Sequence record: OK335775.1
Source of the DNA: Escherichia phage PSD2002
DNA: 64,000 nucleotides
Direction: 5' to 3' (one strand)
Of this stretch, positions 1 to 11,391 are shown in pieces (position 1 is the first letter of the stretch; every line of letters begins with the position of its first letter). The notes beneath the pieces were generated by a model. The model saw only the letters and a list, made by a program, of their open reading frames with translations. It ran no database searches and was not told where the DNA came from. A program made the position numbers and the translations under genes.

Positions 1-249
1 CTCGATAGCCGCAATTTTAAATCTATTGTCCTGGTCTTGTCTAATCATTTCAGTATAAGAGGCATAAGTAGTCTCTTTATAAAAGTTTAGAATATACTCG
101 CCTTTATACCAAACCAATGCCATAAAGAACAATAATACCACGACTAGGACCCGGGAAAAAACTACTTTCCCGGAAGAAGTATCTTTAAAAATTCTATCAA
201 GAAGTCCAAAAAGTAGGTCTGATAATGATATTCCTACTTTTGGTTCCAT
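1..249 (-). CDS. t: Holin (gene t), N-terminal part; gene runs off the window start
   Basis: Reverse-strand ATG at 247-249 preceded by AAGGAG and a TATAAATA late promoter; translation MEPKVGISLSDLLFGLLDRIFKD... resembles T4 holin T N-terminus; position downstream of gene 38 as in T4. Confidence 0.75.
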   Translation of the reverse strand, partial: MEPKVGISLSDLLFGLLDRIFKDTSSGKVVFSRVLVVVLLFFMALVWYKGEYILNFYKETTYASYTEMIRQDQDNRFKIAAIE

Positions 250-267
250 ACTTTTCTCCTTTAAAGA

Positions 268-275
268 TATTTATA
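268..275 (-). promoter_or_regulatory. Late promoter for holin gene t
   Basis: Minus-strand TATAAATA followed by AAGGAG RBS and ATG. Confidence 0.65.
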
Positions 276-286
276 GCGCTTATGTA

Positions 287-1081
287 CTATAGCCAGGAAC
301 CGTAGATAACACCTGTATTATGCCAAGTAGGAGAACTTCCAGCAACAGCAGCTCCTGCGCCGCCACCAGCGCCGACTTTTAGAACTTTACCACCATCAGA
401 CCATGCATTCTGACCTGCGCCGCCAGCATCGCCACCCTGACCAGAGTGAGCATTTCCGTATTGATAACCACCTCCTGGACTATCCAAAGAAGCTCCGCCA
501 CCTGAATATCCACCACCACCGCCTGGGCCAAATGGTCTTCCTCCACCACCGCCAATATCTTGCCAGTTTGCACCAGAGTGAGGACGATAAGCGATACCAC
601 CGCCGCCACCGCCACCGCCGCAGATAACCCCACCATTATTAATTCTTAAACGACCGCCAATATCATTTACAATACAAGTTCCACCCAATTGGCCGTTGCC
701 ATCGCCGCCCGAGTGGGTCCATCCACCTTGACCACCTCGGCCCCATATATGAACCCCACCACCAATATTCAATTGAACATATTCGTTTGGAGTATCCCCA
801 TACATAAAGAACAATGGAACATCACGGGTATAAGATACTAATGTATCTGTAAGATTAAACACAATAGGCGCACTACCGGCTTCAAAGCAACGGTCGCGGA
901 ACCATTGCCCATTAAAGTTATGGTCCCCACCTAAAGTATGAATTACTTCAACAGACCGACCGTTCATATTACTCATCCAAAACGGAATACCCATTCTCAA
1001 TCGCTGGGCGGCGCCGCCCATCCAATTTTGTCCTGTATTAGCTACTGCAGACGATCCTACCCACGGTCCTCCAACTGCCAT
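287..1081 (-). CDS. 38: Long tail fibre tip adhesin gp38 (T2-type, glycine-rich motifs)
   Basis: ORF track 287..1093 (TTG at 1093); ATG at 1081 with GGAGGT RBS preferred. Conserved N-terminal region ([25 protein letters not shown]) then poly-Gly motifs separating variable segments, typical of T2/T6 gp38; follows gene 37. Confidence 0.8.
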   Translation of the reverse strand: MAVGGPWVGSSAVANTGQNWMGGAAQRLRMGIPFWMSNMNGRSVEVIHTLGGDHNFNGQWFRDRCFEAGSAPIVFNLTDTLVSYTRDVPLFFMYGDTPNEYVQLNIGGGVHIWGRGGQGGWTHSGGDGNGQLGGTCIVNDIGGRLRINNGGVICGGGGGGGGIAYRPHSGANWQDIGGGGGRPFGPGGGGGYSGGGASLDSPGGGYQYGNAHSGQGGDAGGAGQNAWSDGGKVLKVGAGGGAGAAVAGSSPTWHNTGVIYGSWL

Positions 1082-1093
1082 ATAAACCTCCAA

Positions 1094-1107
1094 GGGGCCT
1101 AAGCCCC
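1094..1107 (-). promoter_or_regulatory. Short GC hairpin between genes 37 and 38 overlapping gene 38 RBS region
   Basis: ggggc-ctaa-gcccc palindrome. Confidence 0.35.
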
Positions 1108-1112
1108 TCTTA

Positions 1113-4100
1113 TTATTTTAACAATGATTTAATTAGTGCTTTAAGTTCTTCAATCTCTGATTTCAATTCTGCTATTTCTGCAGTGTGCTCATTGATTGCA
1201 GCTGTATTTAAACCAATTACACCGTTATAGTTTAAACGAAGTAAAGCTTCACCGTCAGGGTCGCCTTCAACCAATTCAGGTAAAATAGCTTGAACTTCTT
1301 GAGCAATTAAACCAGCATTAGGTTCCCATTTCTGATTACCTTCTTCATCCAGGCCACGTTTCTGCATATAAGTGTAACCGTTAATTTTTGAAAGTGTTTG
1401 TGAAGCATTTTCAAATTTAACAAGGTCTTTTTTAACACGAATATCAGAACGAACATAAACATCACGAACAAATGTCGAATAGCTATCGTTTGCCTGAACT
1501 AAATGGCCGTGAGAAATAATTGCTCTGCCAACTTCTGTCCAAAAAGATCCATTTGAATCCCAAAGGCCCGGATGAGATTGATACATTGTACCCCAGCTTG
1601 CAATATGTACACTATTAGCAACCATATTGATTCGGCCGTCACCGCCGTGTGATAATCCTGTGTCGTTATCACCAATAGCAATACTAGGAGAGCCTAATCC
1701 ATTAACAGTACCAACACCAATTGCAGGAGTCTGGACTAAAGACGGGGCGTAAAATAAACCACTAGAGTGGAATTCGAAAATACCTACAGGACCGTTGCCA
1801 TTTTCCTGGTTACCAACACGAATTATAGCTTGTCCCCATGTTTGTGGAGTACGACGCATACCGAAATCAACACCTGATATGTATCCTTCGTTAGTAATAC
1901 CAGATTTTCCTTTGATAATCGGATAATAACTATCATTACCGACGTTGCCAAAATCCACAAATACAGGAGCTTCTAAACCCCATTGGTCACCCCATGCACC
2001 AGATTGATGAGCCACCCATTGTGCAGCCTTTATATAAAGTCGGTCCCTATTAAAATAAAAAGTATCCGACCCCTGAGGAGCTAAACCAACTTCTCCACTA
2101 TTATGAATATTAACGCCTGAATTAGTTTGGAAACTATAAAACGATAAGTTGTTATCAGCGCCGCCATTACCAACATACCAGTTATTAACGCCTGCTTTTT
2201 GTCCTTTCACATAACCAGATTCGGTTGCAGCACTGTTAATAACAATAGCATCCGAGTTTGCATTAAGAGTTAAGCGGCCTGTCATTGTGTCGCCTTCTTT
2301 AGAAACACGGCTATAGACAGCACCAAGAAGATTGGTTACATCACCGGCAGAAGTAAACGTTTTCCAGATATCAGACCAGATGTTACCATTTTTGGCAATA
2401 GTAGCTTCACCACCGCCAACCTGCACGTTATCCGGGAAATTAACTGTACCATCAGCATTAAATCTTGATGTATGACCTTGGGTCCCGTCTTCTTTGTAAT
2501 GATGCAAAACAAAAGTCCCGGAATTAATTTCAGTACCTAAAGACCAAACAGCTTTTCCTTGTAAGAATTTCTGCTTAACAATAGGATAATATTTACTTAC
2601 CGCGTCATCATCAATTTCTTGGAAAACAGGAGCTGCTTGTGCATATTGAATATCATAACCACCCGCACCGGCGCCGTGTCCACCGAATTTAATATAACCG
2701 TTTGCTGCAAAAGAAGCATAACTCAAATCTAAGTCAGGAATAACTACCTTACCATTACTTAAATCTATACTTAAAGGACGAAGTGGCCCTATATCGCCGG
2801 TTTTACCTTCACCAAAGGCGGTAGGAATAATATGTAGGCTTGTTTCTGAACGGCGGAAAATGGCGCCGTAGTCATCATTCCAAATTCTAAGAGCATTGAC
2901 AGCATTACCAGCAATAGTGCCGGAGGCGTTAACTTCTTTACCGACATTTATGCTTTCGTTTACATTCATGCCACCATTTAAATGGGCTTCAACTTTGTCA
3001 TCGGTTTTGCGCTGAATATACCACATCCAACTAGTGGCATCAGATATTTCCATTACGTTTTTGCGGTCACCAGCGACATTAGTAAAGGTATTACCCCAAA
3101 CGCTGATAGTCATATTATCAACTGAACTACTTCCTGTTGTATTTCCTCTGAACATAAGAGTCGAAGCGTTGTTGCGGCCATCAATATTAACCGAACCACC
3201 AACAACATCAATATTACCAGGAGTAACTAACAAACCACCAGCGGTGTTAACGTTTGTAGTACCCTTACCACGGAAATAGTGGTGATAATTGCCACCTTGA
3301 TAATAACCTAAAAGAGTTTGACCGTCACCATACGCGTTATTATCATGATAAGTGACAACCGTCGCCAAAGCATAGTTTTCCGACGGAGGAGTGGTTAAAT
3401 CGGTACCGTTTACAGAATAACCCATAACCATTTTTCTAAGACTGGTGGTTTCTGCAGGGCCGTACAGGAAAGTTCTCGTGCCGTTATTAACGCTGAAATA
3501 ATATCCATCCTGATGCCATTTTAACCCGGTGTCATTATCGCCAAGAGCAATTGAAGCCGTTCCTAATTCAGAATATCCTTTAGAGTCGCCTGGGGTGCCT
3601 ACAGAAATAGAATGACCAGCTTTCAATCCGCCAGACCAGGTAAACGACCAAAGATAAGCTTCTAAGCCATCTCCAGCATACCAGGTTATTCCATCACTAT
3701 CTTTAACTTCATGGAATATACGTGCTCCTACAGCATTTCGCATAACACGGAGGCGGTTAATAGCCGTTTCGCTTTCTGTCATTGGAGTGTTATTTGCTAA
3801 TGAATAGATATCATAATCGCCCGTCTTCTTCCCATTTGTAATAACTTTATCGGTCAAAATCTGAGGAGACGAAATAGATTTCCATGCTGATACTTCAGGT
3901 GAAGTAAATAGGCCACTGCCTGAAAATGCATAAGTGCTTTCGCTTGCAGTAGAATAATCCTGTACGCGAATATTAACTACTTGGTTAGTTGCTCCTGCAT
4001 TATTAGGAGAAAAAATAATACCACGCTCACGGTCATCGCCATCAAAGAAACGAAGATGAGAAGTTGAGGCACTCTTAGAAATAAGTTCACCACCGTGGGT

Positions 4101-4415
4101 CATAATCTGCCCGGCGGCAATAATATCGCGAGTTACTCGAGCAATACCATTGAGATTGAAATCACCAATTTGAGTAAATACACCATTAAGTGTATAATCA
4201 CCGGTTTGATTGTAGTTACCGGTATGAATAACATTGCCGTCAATATTACCACCTTTAGCAAAGCCAAGGTCAATGATGGCACCGGTGTCGTCTTTAGTAA
4301 AAAGTAAACGGTCCTTTAAGTTAATAGCCAGTTCGCCTTCAGCCAACTGGGCTGGTGCCGGACGTACACCAGCTACTTTACTTCTTTTAAATTGGATTTG
4401 CTTTAAAGTAGCCAT
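1113..4415 (-). CDS. 37: Long tail fibre distal subunit gp37 with C-terminal intramolecular-chaperone-like domain
   Basis: 1100 aa; N-terminus [13 protein letters not shown]...[12 protein letters not shown] matches T4 gp37; C-terminal ~110 aa (SDIRVKKDL...[10 protein letters not shown]...[13 protein letters not shown]...coiled coil) resembles peptidase S74 auto-cleaving chaperone domain. Confidence 0.9.
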   Translation of the reverse strand: MATLKQIQFKRSKVAGVRPAPAQLAEGELAINLKDRLLFTKDDTGAIIDLGFAKGGNIDGNVIHTGNYNQTGDYTLNGVFTQIGDFNLNGIARVTRDIIAAGQIMTHGGELISKSASTSHLRFFDGDDRERGIIFSPNNAGATNQVVNIRVQDYSTASESTYAFSGSGLFTSPEVSAWKSISSPQILTDKVITNGKKTGDYDIYSLANNTPMTESETAINRLRVMRNAVGARIFHEVKDSDGITWYAGDGLEAYLWSFTWSGGLKAGHSISVGTPGDSKGYSELGTASIALGDNDTGLKWHQDGYYFSVNNGTRTFLYGPAETTSLRKMVMGYSVNGTDLTTPPSENYALATVVTYHDNNAYGDGQTLLGYYQGGNYHHYFRGKGTTNVNTAGGLLVTPGNIDVVGGSVNIDGRNNASTLMFRGNTTGSSSVDNMTISVWGNTFTNVAGDRKNVMEISDATSWMWYIQRKTDDKVEAHLNGGMNVNESINVGKEVNASGTIAGNAVNALRIWNDDYGAIFRRSETSLHIIPTAFGEGKTGDIGPLRPLSIDLSNGKVVIPDLDLSYASFAANGYIKFGGHGAGAGGYDIQYAQAAPVFQEIDDDAVSKYYPIVKQKFLQGKAVWSLGTEINSGTFVLHHYKEDGTQGHTSRFNADGTVNFPDNVQVGGGEATIAKNGNIWSDIWKTFTSAGDVTNLLGAVYSRVSKEGDTMTGRLTLNANSDAIVINSAATESGYVKGQKAGVNNWYVGNGGADNNLSFYSFQTNSGVNIHNSGEVGLAPQGSDTFYFNRDRLYIKAAQWVAHQSGAWGDQWGLEAPVFVDFGNVGNDSYYPIIKGKSGITNEGYISGVDFGMRRTPQTWGQAIIRVGNQENGNGPVGIFEFHSSGLFYAPSLVQTPAIGVGTVNGLGSPSIAIGDNDTGLSHGGDGRINMVANSVHIASWGTMYQSHPGLWDSNGSFWTEVGRAIISHGHLVQANDSYSTFVRDVYVRSDIRVKKDLVKFENASQTLSKINGYTYMQKRGLDEEGNQKWEPNAGLIAQEVQAILPELVEGDPDGEALLRLNYNGVIGLNTAAINEHTAEIAELKSEIEELKALIKSLLK

Positions 4416-4423
4416 AATGCCTC

Positions 4424-5071
4424 TTAATAATAACCAAAATCTTGAATAGAATCTTTAATAACAATCTGGTCAAAACGAGGAACGTGTCCTGCGTCAGAGG
4501 CCGGATTCAGCGAAATAAAGTTAGGAGCAGCAAGTACTCCGGTCATTGTTTGCATGTTAGTATTATTTATTTGGACTTGTTTTGCGTTATCTACTAATGG
4601 CAATCCGACTTGGGCTTTAGTAGGGGTGTTGCCTGGGCTGAATACGCGGCCAGATTCATCGTATACCTGACGGAATAATGAATCACCCATTACGGTAAGT
4701 CGTTTAGCACCAACTGCTGTATTCGGGTCAAATATTATAAATGGAGTACCGTTTTCCGTTTCATATCCAAAAGCGCCTTTAATACGGAAAGAAGCCGTGA
4801 ACGGTGCTCCACCAGTTCTTGTTCCTAATTTAATACCGTATCCATTAGTATCATTAAAGGTCAGCCCTTTTTCAAAATACACGTTATTCTTATAATTGCC
4901 GCCGTTTGCTTTTGAAACAAAGTCGTTATCAGCGGCTTGTGGTTTATTATATTCGGTATAAACTTTATATGTTTTGTAAAGAAGGTCATTTGATACAGGC
5001 GTTAAGGGAAAATTACCTTGGTGCCATAATACTGAACCTCCTGCTGTAGAACCTAATTTTAAATCTGCCAT
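4424..5071 (-). CDS. 36: Long tail fibre hinge connector gp36
   Basis: 215 aa; MADLKLGSTAGGSVLWHQGNFPL... and C-terminal PRFDQIVIKDSIQDFGYY match T4 gp36. Confidence 0.9.
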   Translation of the reverse strand: MADLKLGSTAGGSVLWHQGNFPLTPVSNDLLYKTYKVYTEYNKPQAADNDFVSKANGGNYKNNVYFEKGLTFNDTNGYGIKLGTRTGGAPFTASFRIKGAFGYETENGTPFIIFDPNTAVGAKRLTVMGDSLFRQVYDESGRVFSPGNTPTKAQVGLPLVDNAKQVQINNTNMQTMTGVLAAPNFISLNPASDAGHVPRFDQIVIKDSIQDFGYY

Positions 5072-5120
5072 TTGAGTTTCCTTTGGGAGTTATAGCCTTT
5101 TATATATTTATGGCCGTAGA

Positions 5121-5146
5121 AAACGAAAAAGGAACCCGAAGGTTCC
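5121..5146 (-). terminator. Rho-independent terminator after gene 35
   Basis: On minus strand GGAACC-UUCG-GGUUCC followed by UUUUUCGUUUU. Confidence 0.65.
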
Positions 5147-6268
5147 TTAATATTTTTCTCTAAATTCAGCGACCCAAACCTGACCAGGTTTAGTGCCTGT
5201 TTTATCATATAGCTGGGCTATGGTAGTACCCATATTTTTAGTTTCCGTACCAAAGTTCATACGAATACCGTTAACACCAAATTCAGCAGGTTTTGGCTGA
5301 GGTTCTGATTCAGATATCTCACCGAACATAACATTTCGAACTCCGCCTTGGCCAGCCGAAGCTGTTTTTCTGGCATAAAGAGTAAAGTCTGTAGTACCTT
5401 CAGGAACCATTACTACCCGTTCAAATGTCATCCATGCACCAGCAGGAACGTTGGAAGGAACGTCCATATTAACTGTCCCAGTTAAAGCACCTGAGGCATT
5501 AAAAAATCTAACAGACATCTGAGAGGTCCCGACGTCTTTTAAAGCTTGGTCATACATTAATTGAAACTTAAGGTAAAAGAATTCACCTGGCTTCATGTTA
5601 TAATCTGTTAATGGGGTGGTAGGAGATTCGGTAGGAAATCGCTTAATTTCATCTCCCTCATTGCTTAGATAAGTGCTTTCGTCTTCAACAATTCTGACAG
5701 GATATCCTGTACCACCGACGTCGCTGATATCATCAAATACCACTTCTAATGGAGTAGAAACATCTTCGACAAGCACCCCATCATTATAAAGCACATGTTC
5801 CATTACTATAGCATTCCTTCCTGAAACATAAAATGCAGAATAAGATGGCTCAAACCGGTCTATTAACCATTTAGTAGGGAATGCGGTACTTCCTGCTGCA
5901 CGGAACCAATCGATAAGTTTTTGTGAAGCATTTAATCTACCAGAAGATACTAAACAAACTATTCTATTGGCCGGTATAGAATTTATATACGTTATAAAAG
6001 CTTCAGAAATAACATCAAAATCTTTTGTAAAACTATAAGTTTTGTTAGCCACTATTTTAGGTTCAGCACTAACATCAATTTCTATAAGGTTTAATCCATT
6101 TTGAAAATTCTGGGAACCGAAGTTCCCATCTTGAAATTTAACATATGCTTTTGTGGTAGACTTAGTACAACTACCCGCTATACTAAGTTTATACCTTACA
6201 GCATTGTTTTCAGATAATGTAGGAACCTGGACATATCCTTGTCCAAATTCTGCCATAAATCTTTCCAT
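5147..6268 (-). CDS. 35: Long tail fibre hinge protein gp35
   Basis: 373 aa; MERFMAEFGQGYVQ...KPAEFGVNGIR... matches T4 gp35 in length and sequence. Confidence 0.9.
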   Translation of the reverse strand: MERFMAEFGQGYVQVPTLSENNAVRYKLSIAGSCTKSTTKAYVKFQDGNFGSQNFQNGLNLIEIDVSAEPKIVANKTYSFTKDFDVISEAFITYINSIPANRIVCLVSSGRLNASQKLIDWFRAAGSTAFPTKWLIDRFEPSYSAFYVSGRNAIVMEHVLYNDGVLVEDVSTPLEVVFDDISDVGGTGYPVRIVEDESTYLSNEGDEIKRFPTESPTTPLTDYNMKPGEFFYLKFQLMYDQALKDVGTSQMSVRFFNASGALTGTVNMDVPSNVPAGAWMTFERVVMVPEGTTDFTLYARKTASAGQGGVRNVMFGEISESEPQPKPAEFGVNGIRMNFGTETKNMGTTIAQLYDKTGTKPGQVWVAEFREKY

Positions 6269-6276
6269 AATACCTC

Positions 6277-9200
6277 TTATTCAATCCACTCAAACTTAAC
6301 GGATTTAGTGACCGGGTCAGGAATAATACGAACGTTACCAATACGTAACCAATCAAGGATTGTAATGTTACCCATTGTAGCGTTATCAGCAGGCAATGCA
6401 CCAACCTCTTCCGCAGAAGGAGGGTTATCTGCCGTATAGACCATAGAGAACGTAGTCCATGCGTTTTTATTTTTCTGCCAGGTACGTGTATAACGAATAG
6501 TACCACCATTCAGTCCTGTAGGATAGCACACCCAATCCTGATAACATGAATCCAATGTATTACCAAACTGAGTTAACGTACCAGGATATTTAACTTCCTT
6601 ATCACGAACAGAATAATCAAACCAAGTACCACGTAATTTCTGACCTGATGTACCGAGAACCTCGTCACCAAAACTACCGTCTTCGTTACGATAACGAATA
6701 GCCGGAGAACTAAATGCACCCGTTTCTGTCAACCAACCAGAAGCATTCCATATCTCATCAGAAACACCGGCAGGTTTAGTTTGGACCGTATCAATATTAA
6801 CCTGACGTTTAGTTTTCATCGTCCAATAACCAGGGAACAGGTTAAATGTAGCCGAATCATTGATATCGACAGACCAGAAGCCAACGGTTTCTGCAGTAGG
6901 GGCCTGCGATGCTAATGTAGGTTTAACACCAACAGAGCGGACGTATTTTTGAGCAACCAAACCATTATTTGCCGATACCTGTCCGGTGGAAACGATAGTA
7001 CCTGAAGTAGTTACGTTTTGCAATGAAGACAGAGCAGAAGCATTTAATGTAGTTGTAGAAACACCGTTAGAAGTGGTTATACCTGTGATATTAGCATTCT
7101 TAGAAATACTAATGGAACCACTATTAACAGCAAAGTCACCAGTCGTATTAAAGGTCCAGTAGAAAGATTCTAAAGAACCCGGCGATGGAAGATAATGTAT
7201 TTTAAAATCACGAGTTCCGTCGTTTACAGTGCCTAAAGAGAATGTACCTTGCCCTAAACGTTGTTTAACAATAGGATGGAACTTGGCATCCGGGGTCGAA
7301 TTTATCTCGGCAAAAATCGGAGCTAAAGTATCACCTTGAGAGTTCCAAGTACCTGCACCAGATTGGGGTCCTACAAATTTAATAGATTTACCTGAGCTAA
7401 CAGATACATCATTTTTAAAAGTAGAATTTCCAGTTACTTCTAGAGAACCTAAAATAGTGTTGCCGGTAATATTAGCCGTACTAGAAGACACTAGAGGAGC
7501 GGCCAGGTTCAATTGTTTTGTCAACGTTAAAGAACCATTAACCGTTTGGTCAACGTCTCTACGAATGAACTGGAGTGAATCTAGGCCATCCAATTTCTCG
7601 GAGTTCACAGCCGTAGCATTTATAGGTAAAAAGTTCTGTAAAGTTTTATTCATCTCGTAAGATGAAACCGCATAACCTGTTTTAGGGTAGTTAGCTGCGT
7701 TCAGAACAGTATCGTCGTTCTCATAAAGGCCTGTACCTGAGTTAAATTTAACACCAGAACCGGTAACTTTATTTCCTGAATAGGTTAAAGCACCTTCGGT
7801 TAATTTAACAAATCCACGACGAAGTGCAGTAGCTTCCCAAGTAGTTTCGGTCTGTACTACATATTTTAAACCAGAAGGGCTTACAGCCAAAACTTTAGAA
7901 GTTCCTGCGGTTGTTTCGGTATTGGTTGCAACACGAATAATACCTTCAGAACTTTCAGTAGATTTTTTAGAGTGTAATTTCAAAGGAGTGATGATGGTTT
8001 TGTCATCAGTACCAACGTTGACTTCGGTCTGGGTCGCCAGGCGAGCAGTACCACGTTGAGTCTCATTTGCTTCTCTAATATCTAGTGTATAATGGTTCCA
8101 TAAGGTTCCTGATTCAACCAAACCACTGGCTGCTGAGACAGAAGTTCTAGCAGTATCATTAAATCTTGTTTTAATTTTCAACGGAGTTGAAATAACATTA
8201 TCTAACGTACCTGCATCAAATTCTACCTGTGTTGCAATTCTAGCAATACCAGTCAATCCTTCCATAGCTTTCCTATCATTTAACGTCTTAGGCGTTACCG
8301 CACGAGTATAATCTGTTCCAGTATCAGTTTCCTGTTGCGTAGCAATTTCAATTAACCCTGTACGAGTATCAAGAGCCACACGAGCATGTAATGTTTCCGG
8401 AGAAACAGCACTGTTGGCAAATCCACTTGCCGATTGGCCTGCGTTAACTTCAGATTGGTTAGAAAGATATACCGTACCCTGTTGAACTTGGGTAGCTTTA
8501 TACTGGTCAAGAGCTTTAGGAGAAATAACCAAATTGCCTACGTTCTTATTATAAACGTTAGTACCTACGGTGTCCCTAGCAGTCGCAGGAGTGGTTCCTA
8601 CAGTAGAGGTATATGTTACAATACCTGAAAGACTTTCCGAACCCTGGCGCGCTTGTAGCTTCTTAGGAGTGATGATTGTAGTATCATCTATACCAGCATC
8701 AGTTTCAACTTGCGTAGCAATTTCAGCAACACCACGACGAGTTTCGGTTGCAGTACGTTCGTTTAATTTCTTAGGAGAAATAATCAAATCGTCCTGGAAT
8801 GCGAAGGTTGTGTCCTGGTTCACCTGAGCAGTAGTAGCAATACGAGCAATACCACGACGAGATTCAGTCGCCACACGATTAGCTAAAGTCTGCGGAGTAA
8901 TTGCCAGTTCTTTTTCAGGATTATTTTCATGGTCAACGTTTGCTTGAGTCTGGGACGCAAGGGCAATAACACCTAAACGAGCACGAGTTAAATCATCTTT
9001 AGAATCCACACGTTCTATAGTAGGAACGTTCTGGGCAACAACCCAATATTTGCCACCTGTAGTGGTGTCTTCGATATAACTCAGTTCAATAACCGGAGTA
9101 TAACTTATATCGCCATTAAAGGTCAGTACATCATTCAATACCCATTCGGTTTCTGGTGGATATTCTGAACGTTTAGGGAATTGAAGCAATTGAACAGAAG

Positions 9201-10326
9201 AAGCAATCTTATCTCCTACAGCAGCCTTAATATTTACCGTCTGAGCTTTACGGAGATAGTTCAGAGCAATCTTAACGACATCACCCTGGGCTACGCCTGT
9301 AGGTAATGTGATATTAATCGTCTGCGGCGTGGTGTTATTAGGACCAAAAACAATAACGCTTTCGTTAGCCAAGAGTTCAACATCATCGCGAATTACACGT
9401 AAGCGAGTTTGAAGGTCGCCGTCCCAAACATACCATAATTTTTCGTTAGAGTTATAAACGAAGAATCCATCGCCTGAGGTACGGAATTCCATGCTATGCT
9501 GATCAGGTTTACCTAATGCAGACGAAGCATCAAACGTTTCAACGATTAAGTGGAACTTACTTCCTAAACCATCGATATCAACGGTTTTAATCATATCACC
9601 TTGGTTCGCATACTTAGGAAGAGTAAACTTAATTACTGCACCTGAAGTATAACGACGGAGAACATTATCACCGGCTTGAGCTTGGAACTGAGCGGTGTTC
9701 GGTTCTACACGAATACCACGTTCTTCGTTACCAGCTTCCCAGAAATGCCAAAGACGGTTAGCAAAGATAAGCATGTTATAAGAAAAAGGCTTCGTAATTA
9801 AGGTCTCAGTAAACTGATTACCAAAACGAACAATTTTCTGGTTACCACCACCAGGAGCAGAACTAGACTGAACCTTTATTTCGTTATAACCAACACGTCC
9901 ACCGATATCTTTAATTACAACGGTATCGCCGTCTGTAGGGTTAGGAGGCAAGGTAAATGTAGTAAAGCTAGCAGCGGAATCCACCGCAATATATTCACCA
10001 GAAGCCAGTTGGCGTGTAGGAGATGCTACGGTAATCCATTTAGGGTCCGTACGGGTAGCGGTCCAATAACCAGGTACAAAGGTTCCTGCCGGAGCATCGA
10101 TATCGCGTTGAGCAACCCAGATACGTTGGTCATGGATTACGGCGAACCCTTTCTTATATCCACGCGTCTCGTCGTACGCCTGGATGGTGTTCTCATCTAT
10201 AAAGAATTCAACGTTGACGCCGTCGTCTAATACATTGTAATCGGCTTTGGCAACATTGATAACTTTCTCGCCTGCAGCATCGAGTCCGGATGTAGCACGG
10301 AAGGCAGGTTTTAAAATATCGGCCAT
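6277..10326 (-). CDS. 34: Long tail fibre proximal subunit gp34
   Basis: 1349 aa; N-terminus and repeated TRRGxA...ATQ motifs as in T4 gp34; preceded by late promoter. Confidence 0.9.
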   Translation of the reverse strand: MADILKPAFRATSGLDAAGEKVINVAKADYNVLDDGVNVEFFIDENTIQAYDETRGYKKGFAVIHDQRIWVAQRDIDAPAGTFVPGYWTATRTDPKWITVASPTRQLASGEYIAVDSAASFTTFTLPPNPTDGDTVVIKDIGGRVGYNEIKVQSSSAPGGGNQKIVRFGNQFTETLITKPFSYNMLIFANRLWHFWEAGNEERGIRVEPNTAQFQAQAGDNVLRRYTSGAVIKFTLPKYANQGDMIKTVDIDGLGSKFHLIVETFDASSALGKPDQHSMEFRTSGDGFFVYNSNEKLWYVWDGDLQTRLRVIRDDVELLANESVIVFGPNNTTPQTINITLPTGVAQGDVVKIALNYLRKAQTVNIKAAVGDKIASSVQLLQFPKRSEYPPETEWVLNDVLTFNGDISYTPVIELSYIEDTTTGGKYWVVAQNVPTIERVDSKDDLTRARLGVIALASQTQANVDHENNPEKELAITPQTLANRVATESRRGIARIATTAQVNQDTTFAFQDDLIISPKKLNERTATETRRGVAEIATQVETDAGIDDTTIITPKKLQARQGSESLSGIVTYTSTVGTTPATARDTVGTNVYNKNVGNLVISPKALDQYKATQVQQGTVYLSNQSEVNAGQSASGFANSAVSPETLHARVALDTRTGLIEIATQQETDTGTDYTRAVTPKTLNDRKAMEGLTGIARIATQVEFDAGTLDNVISTPLKIKTRFNDTARTSVSAASGLVESGTLWNHYTLDIREANETQRGTARLATQTEVNVGTDDKTIITPLKLHSKKSTESSEGIIRVATNTETTAGTSKVLAVSPSGLKYVVQTETTWEATALRRGFVKLTEGALTYSGNKVTGSGVKFNSGTGLYENDDTVLNAANYPKTGYAVSSYEMNKTLQNFLPINATAVNSEKLDGLDSLQFIRRDVDQTVNGSLTLTKQLNLAAPLVSSSTANITGNTILGSLEVTGNSTFKNDVSVSSGKSIKFVGPQSGAGTWNSQGDTLAPIFAEINSTPDAKFHPIVKQRLGQGTFSLGTVNDGTRDFKIHYLPSPGSLESFYWTFNTTGDFAVNSGSISISKNANITGITTSNGVSTTTLNASALSSLQNVTTSGTIVSTGQVSANNGLVAQKYVRSVGVKPTLASQAPTAETVGFWSVDINDSATFNLFPGYWTMKTKRQVNIDTVQTKPAGVSDEIWNASGWLTETGAFSSPAIRYRNEDGSFGDEVLGTSGQKLRGTWFDYSVRDKEVKYPGTLTQFGNTLDSCYQDWVCYPTGLNGGTIRYTRTWQKNKNAWTTFSMVYTADNPPSAEEVGALPADNATMGNITILDWLRIGNVRIIPDPVTKSVKFEWIE

Positions 10327-10359
10327 TTTATTTCCTTTTCGTTTTCAGGGTATAGAACT

Positions 10360-10367
10360 ATTTATAG
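10360..10367 (-). promoter_or_regulatory. T4-type late promoter (TATAAATA) for gene 34
   Basis: Plus strand tatttata = minus strand TATAAATA, about 35 nt upstream of gene 34 ATG. Confidence 0.7.
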
Positions 10368-10373
10368 CAAGAT

Positions 10374-10402
10374 GTTTACTTCCTTAAAACCCGTGATATA
10401 AT
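10374..10402 (+). promoter_or_regulatory. T4-type early promoter for rnh (GTTTAC - 17 nt - TATAAT)
   Basis: gtttac at 10374-10379, 17 nt spacer, tataat at 10397-10402, divergent from the gene 34 late promoter. Confidence 0.65.
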
Positions 10403-10433
10403 GGACCTCTCAACTACTTGAACAGAGGTTCAT

Positions 10434-11381
10434 ATGAACGATTTAGATTTTTTACTTCCTGAAGAAGACCAACAAAAAGATGGATTTTTACTCCTAGATT
10501 TCAGCCAAATCATTATGGCTGCAGCTTTCCAAGAGTTTGGTGAGAATGCTGGATTTCCTAAAGTAACTACAGCAATGCTTCGACACCTCGTGTTGAATTC
10601 AATTAAGAAAAATATTAAAGACTTTAAAAAACAGGGGTACAACCAACTGGTTATTTGTGTTGATAACTCTAAATCAGGTTATTGGCGTCGTCGCTATTCA
10701 CCTTATTATAAGAAAAACCGTGCTAAGGCTCGTGAAGAATCATTATTTGATTGGGAAGGCTTATTTACGGCAATGCATATTATTGTTGATGAGCTTGAAC
10801 ATAACATGCCTTATATTGTTATGAACATCGATACTGTCGAGGCCGATGACCATATTGCTGTTTTAACCCGTATCCTTACGGCTTTAGGCCATCCTGTTAT
10901 GATCGGTTCTTCGGATGGTGACTTTACCCAACTTCATAAATTCCCTGGGGTAAAACAATGGTCTCCAATGCAGAAAAAATTCGTCAAAACAAAATCTGGC
11001 GATTCATTATTGGATTGTGTAACCAAGGTTGTTAAAGGCGACCGTAAAGATAACGTTGCGAGTATTAAAGTTCGTGGTGATTACTGGTTGACAATGGTTG
11101 AAGGCGAACGTACTCCTAGCACTCGTGCCAAGGAACTTGAAGCAATTGCTCTTAATTATTACGACCATGATATAATTAAAACACTTCTTACTGAAGAACA
11201 ATATGAACGTTTCTGTGAAAACCAAATCTTAATTGATATGGACTTTATTCCAGATGATATTGTTGCTTTAATTACTGAAAGATATAATACGTATAACAAA
11301 CCTTCGAAATCTAAAGTTTATCCTTATTTCGTTAAATCTGGTTTGTCTAAACTAACCGCTACAGTAGCTGATTTTTATTAA
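10434..11381 (+). CDS. rnh: RNase H / 5'-3' exonuclease (flap endonuclease)
   Basis: 315 aa; LLDFSQI...SGYWRR...YYKKNRAKAREES..WEG...SSDGDFTQLHK...WSPMQKK... matches T4 RNase H. Confidence 0.9.
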   Translation: MNDLDFLLPEEDQQKDGFLLLDFSQIIMAAAFQEFGENAGFPKVTTAMLRHLVLNSIKKNIKDFKKQGYNQLVICVDNSKSGYWRRRYSPYYKKNRAKAREESLFDWEGLFTAMHIIVDELEHNMPYIVMNIDTVEADDHIAVLTRILTALGHPVMIGSSDGDFTQLHKFPGVKQWSPMQKKFVKTKSGDSLLDCVTKVVKGDRKDNVASIKVRGDYWLTMVEGERTPSTRAKELEAIALNYYDHDIIKTLLTEEQYERFCENQILIDMDFIPDDIVALITERYNTYNKPSKSKVYPYFVKSGLSKLTATVADFY

Positions 11382-11391
11382 GGTGAATATA

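Noticed and set aside
379-636. Overlapping ORFs on both strands (85 aa minus, 74 aa plus) inside gene 38
   Set aside because: They lie within the glycine-rich coding region of gp38, where GGN codon repeats create open frames on other frames/strands; no RBS or promoter.
600-640. Simple-sequence repeat (GCCGCCACC-type) that might be mistaken for a repeat element or CRISPR-like array
   Set aside because: It is the coding sequence of a poly-glycine motif in gp38 on the opposite strand; no spacer/repeat periodicity.
6210-6509. 99-aa minus-strand ORF spanning the gene 34/35 junction
   Set aside because: It overlaps the 3' end of gene 34 and the start of gene 35 in another frame; no independent support.
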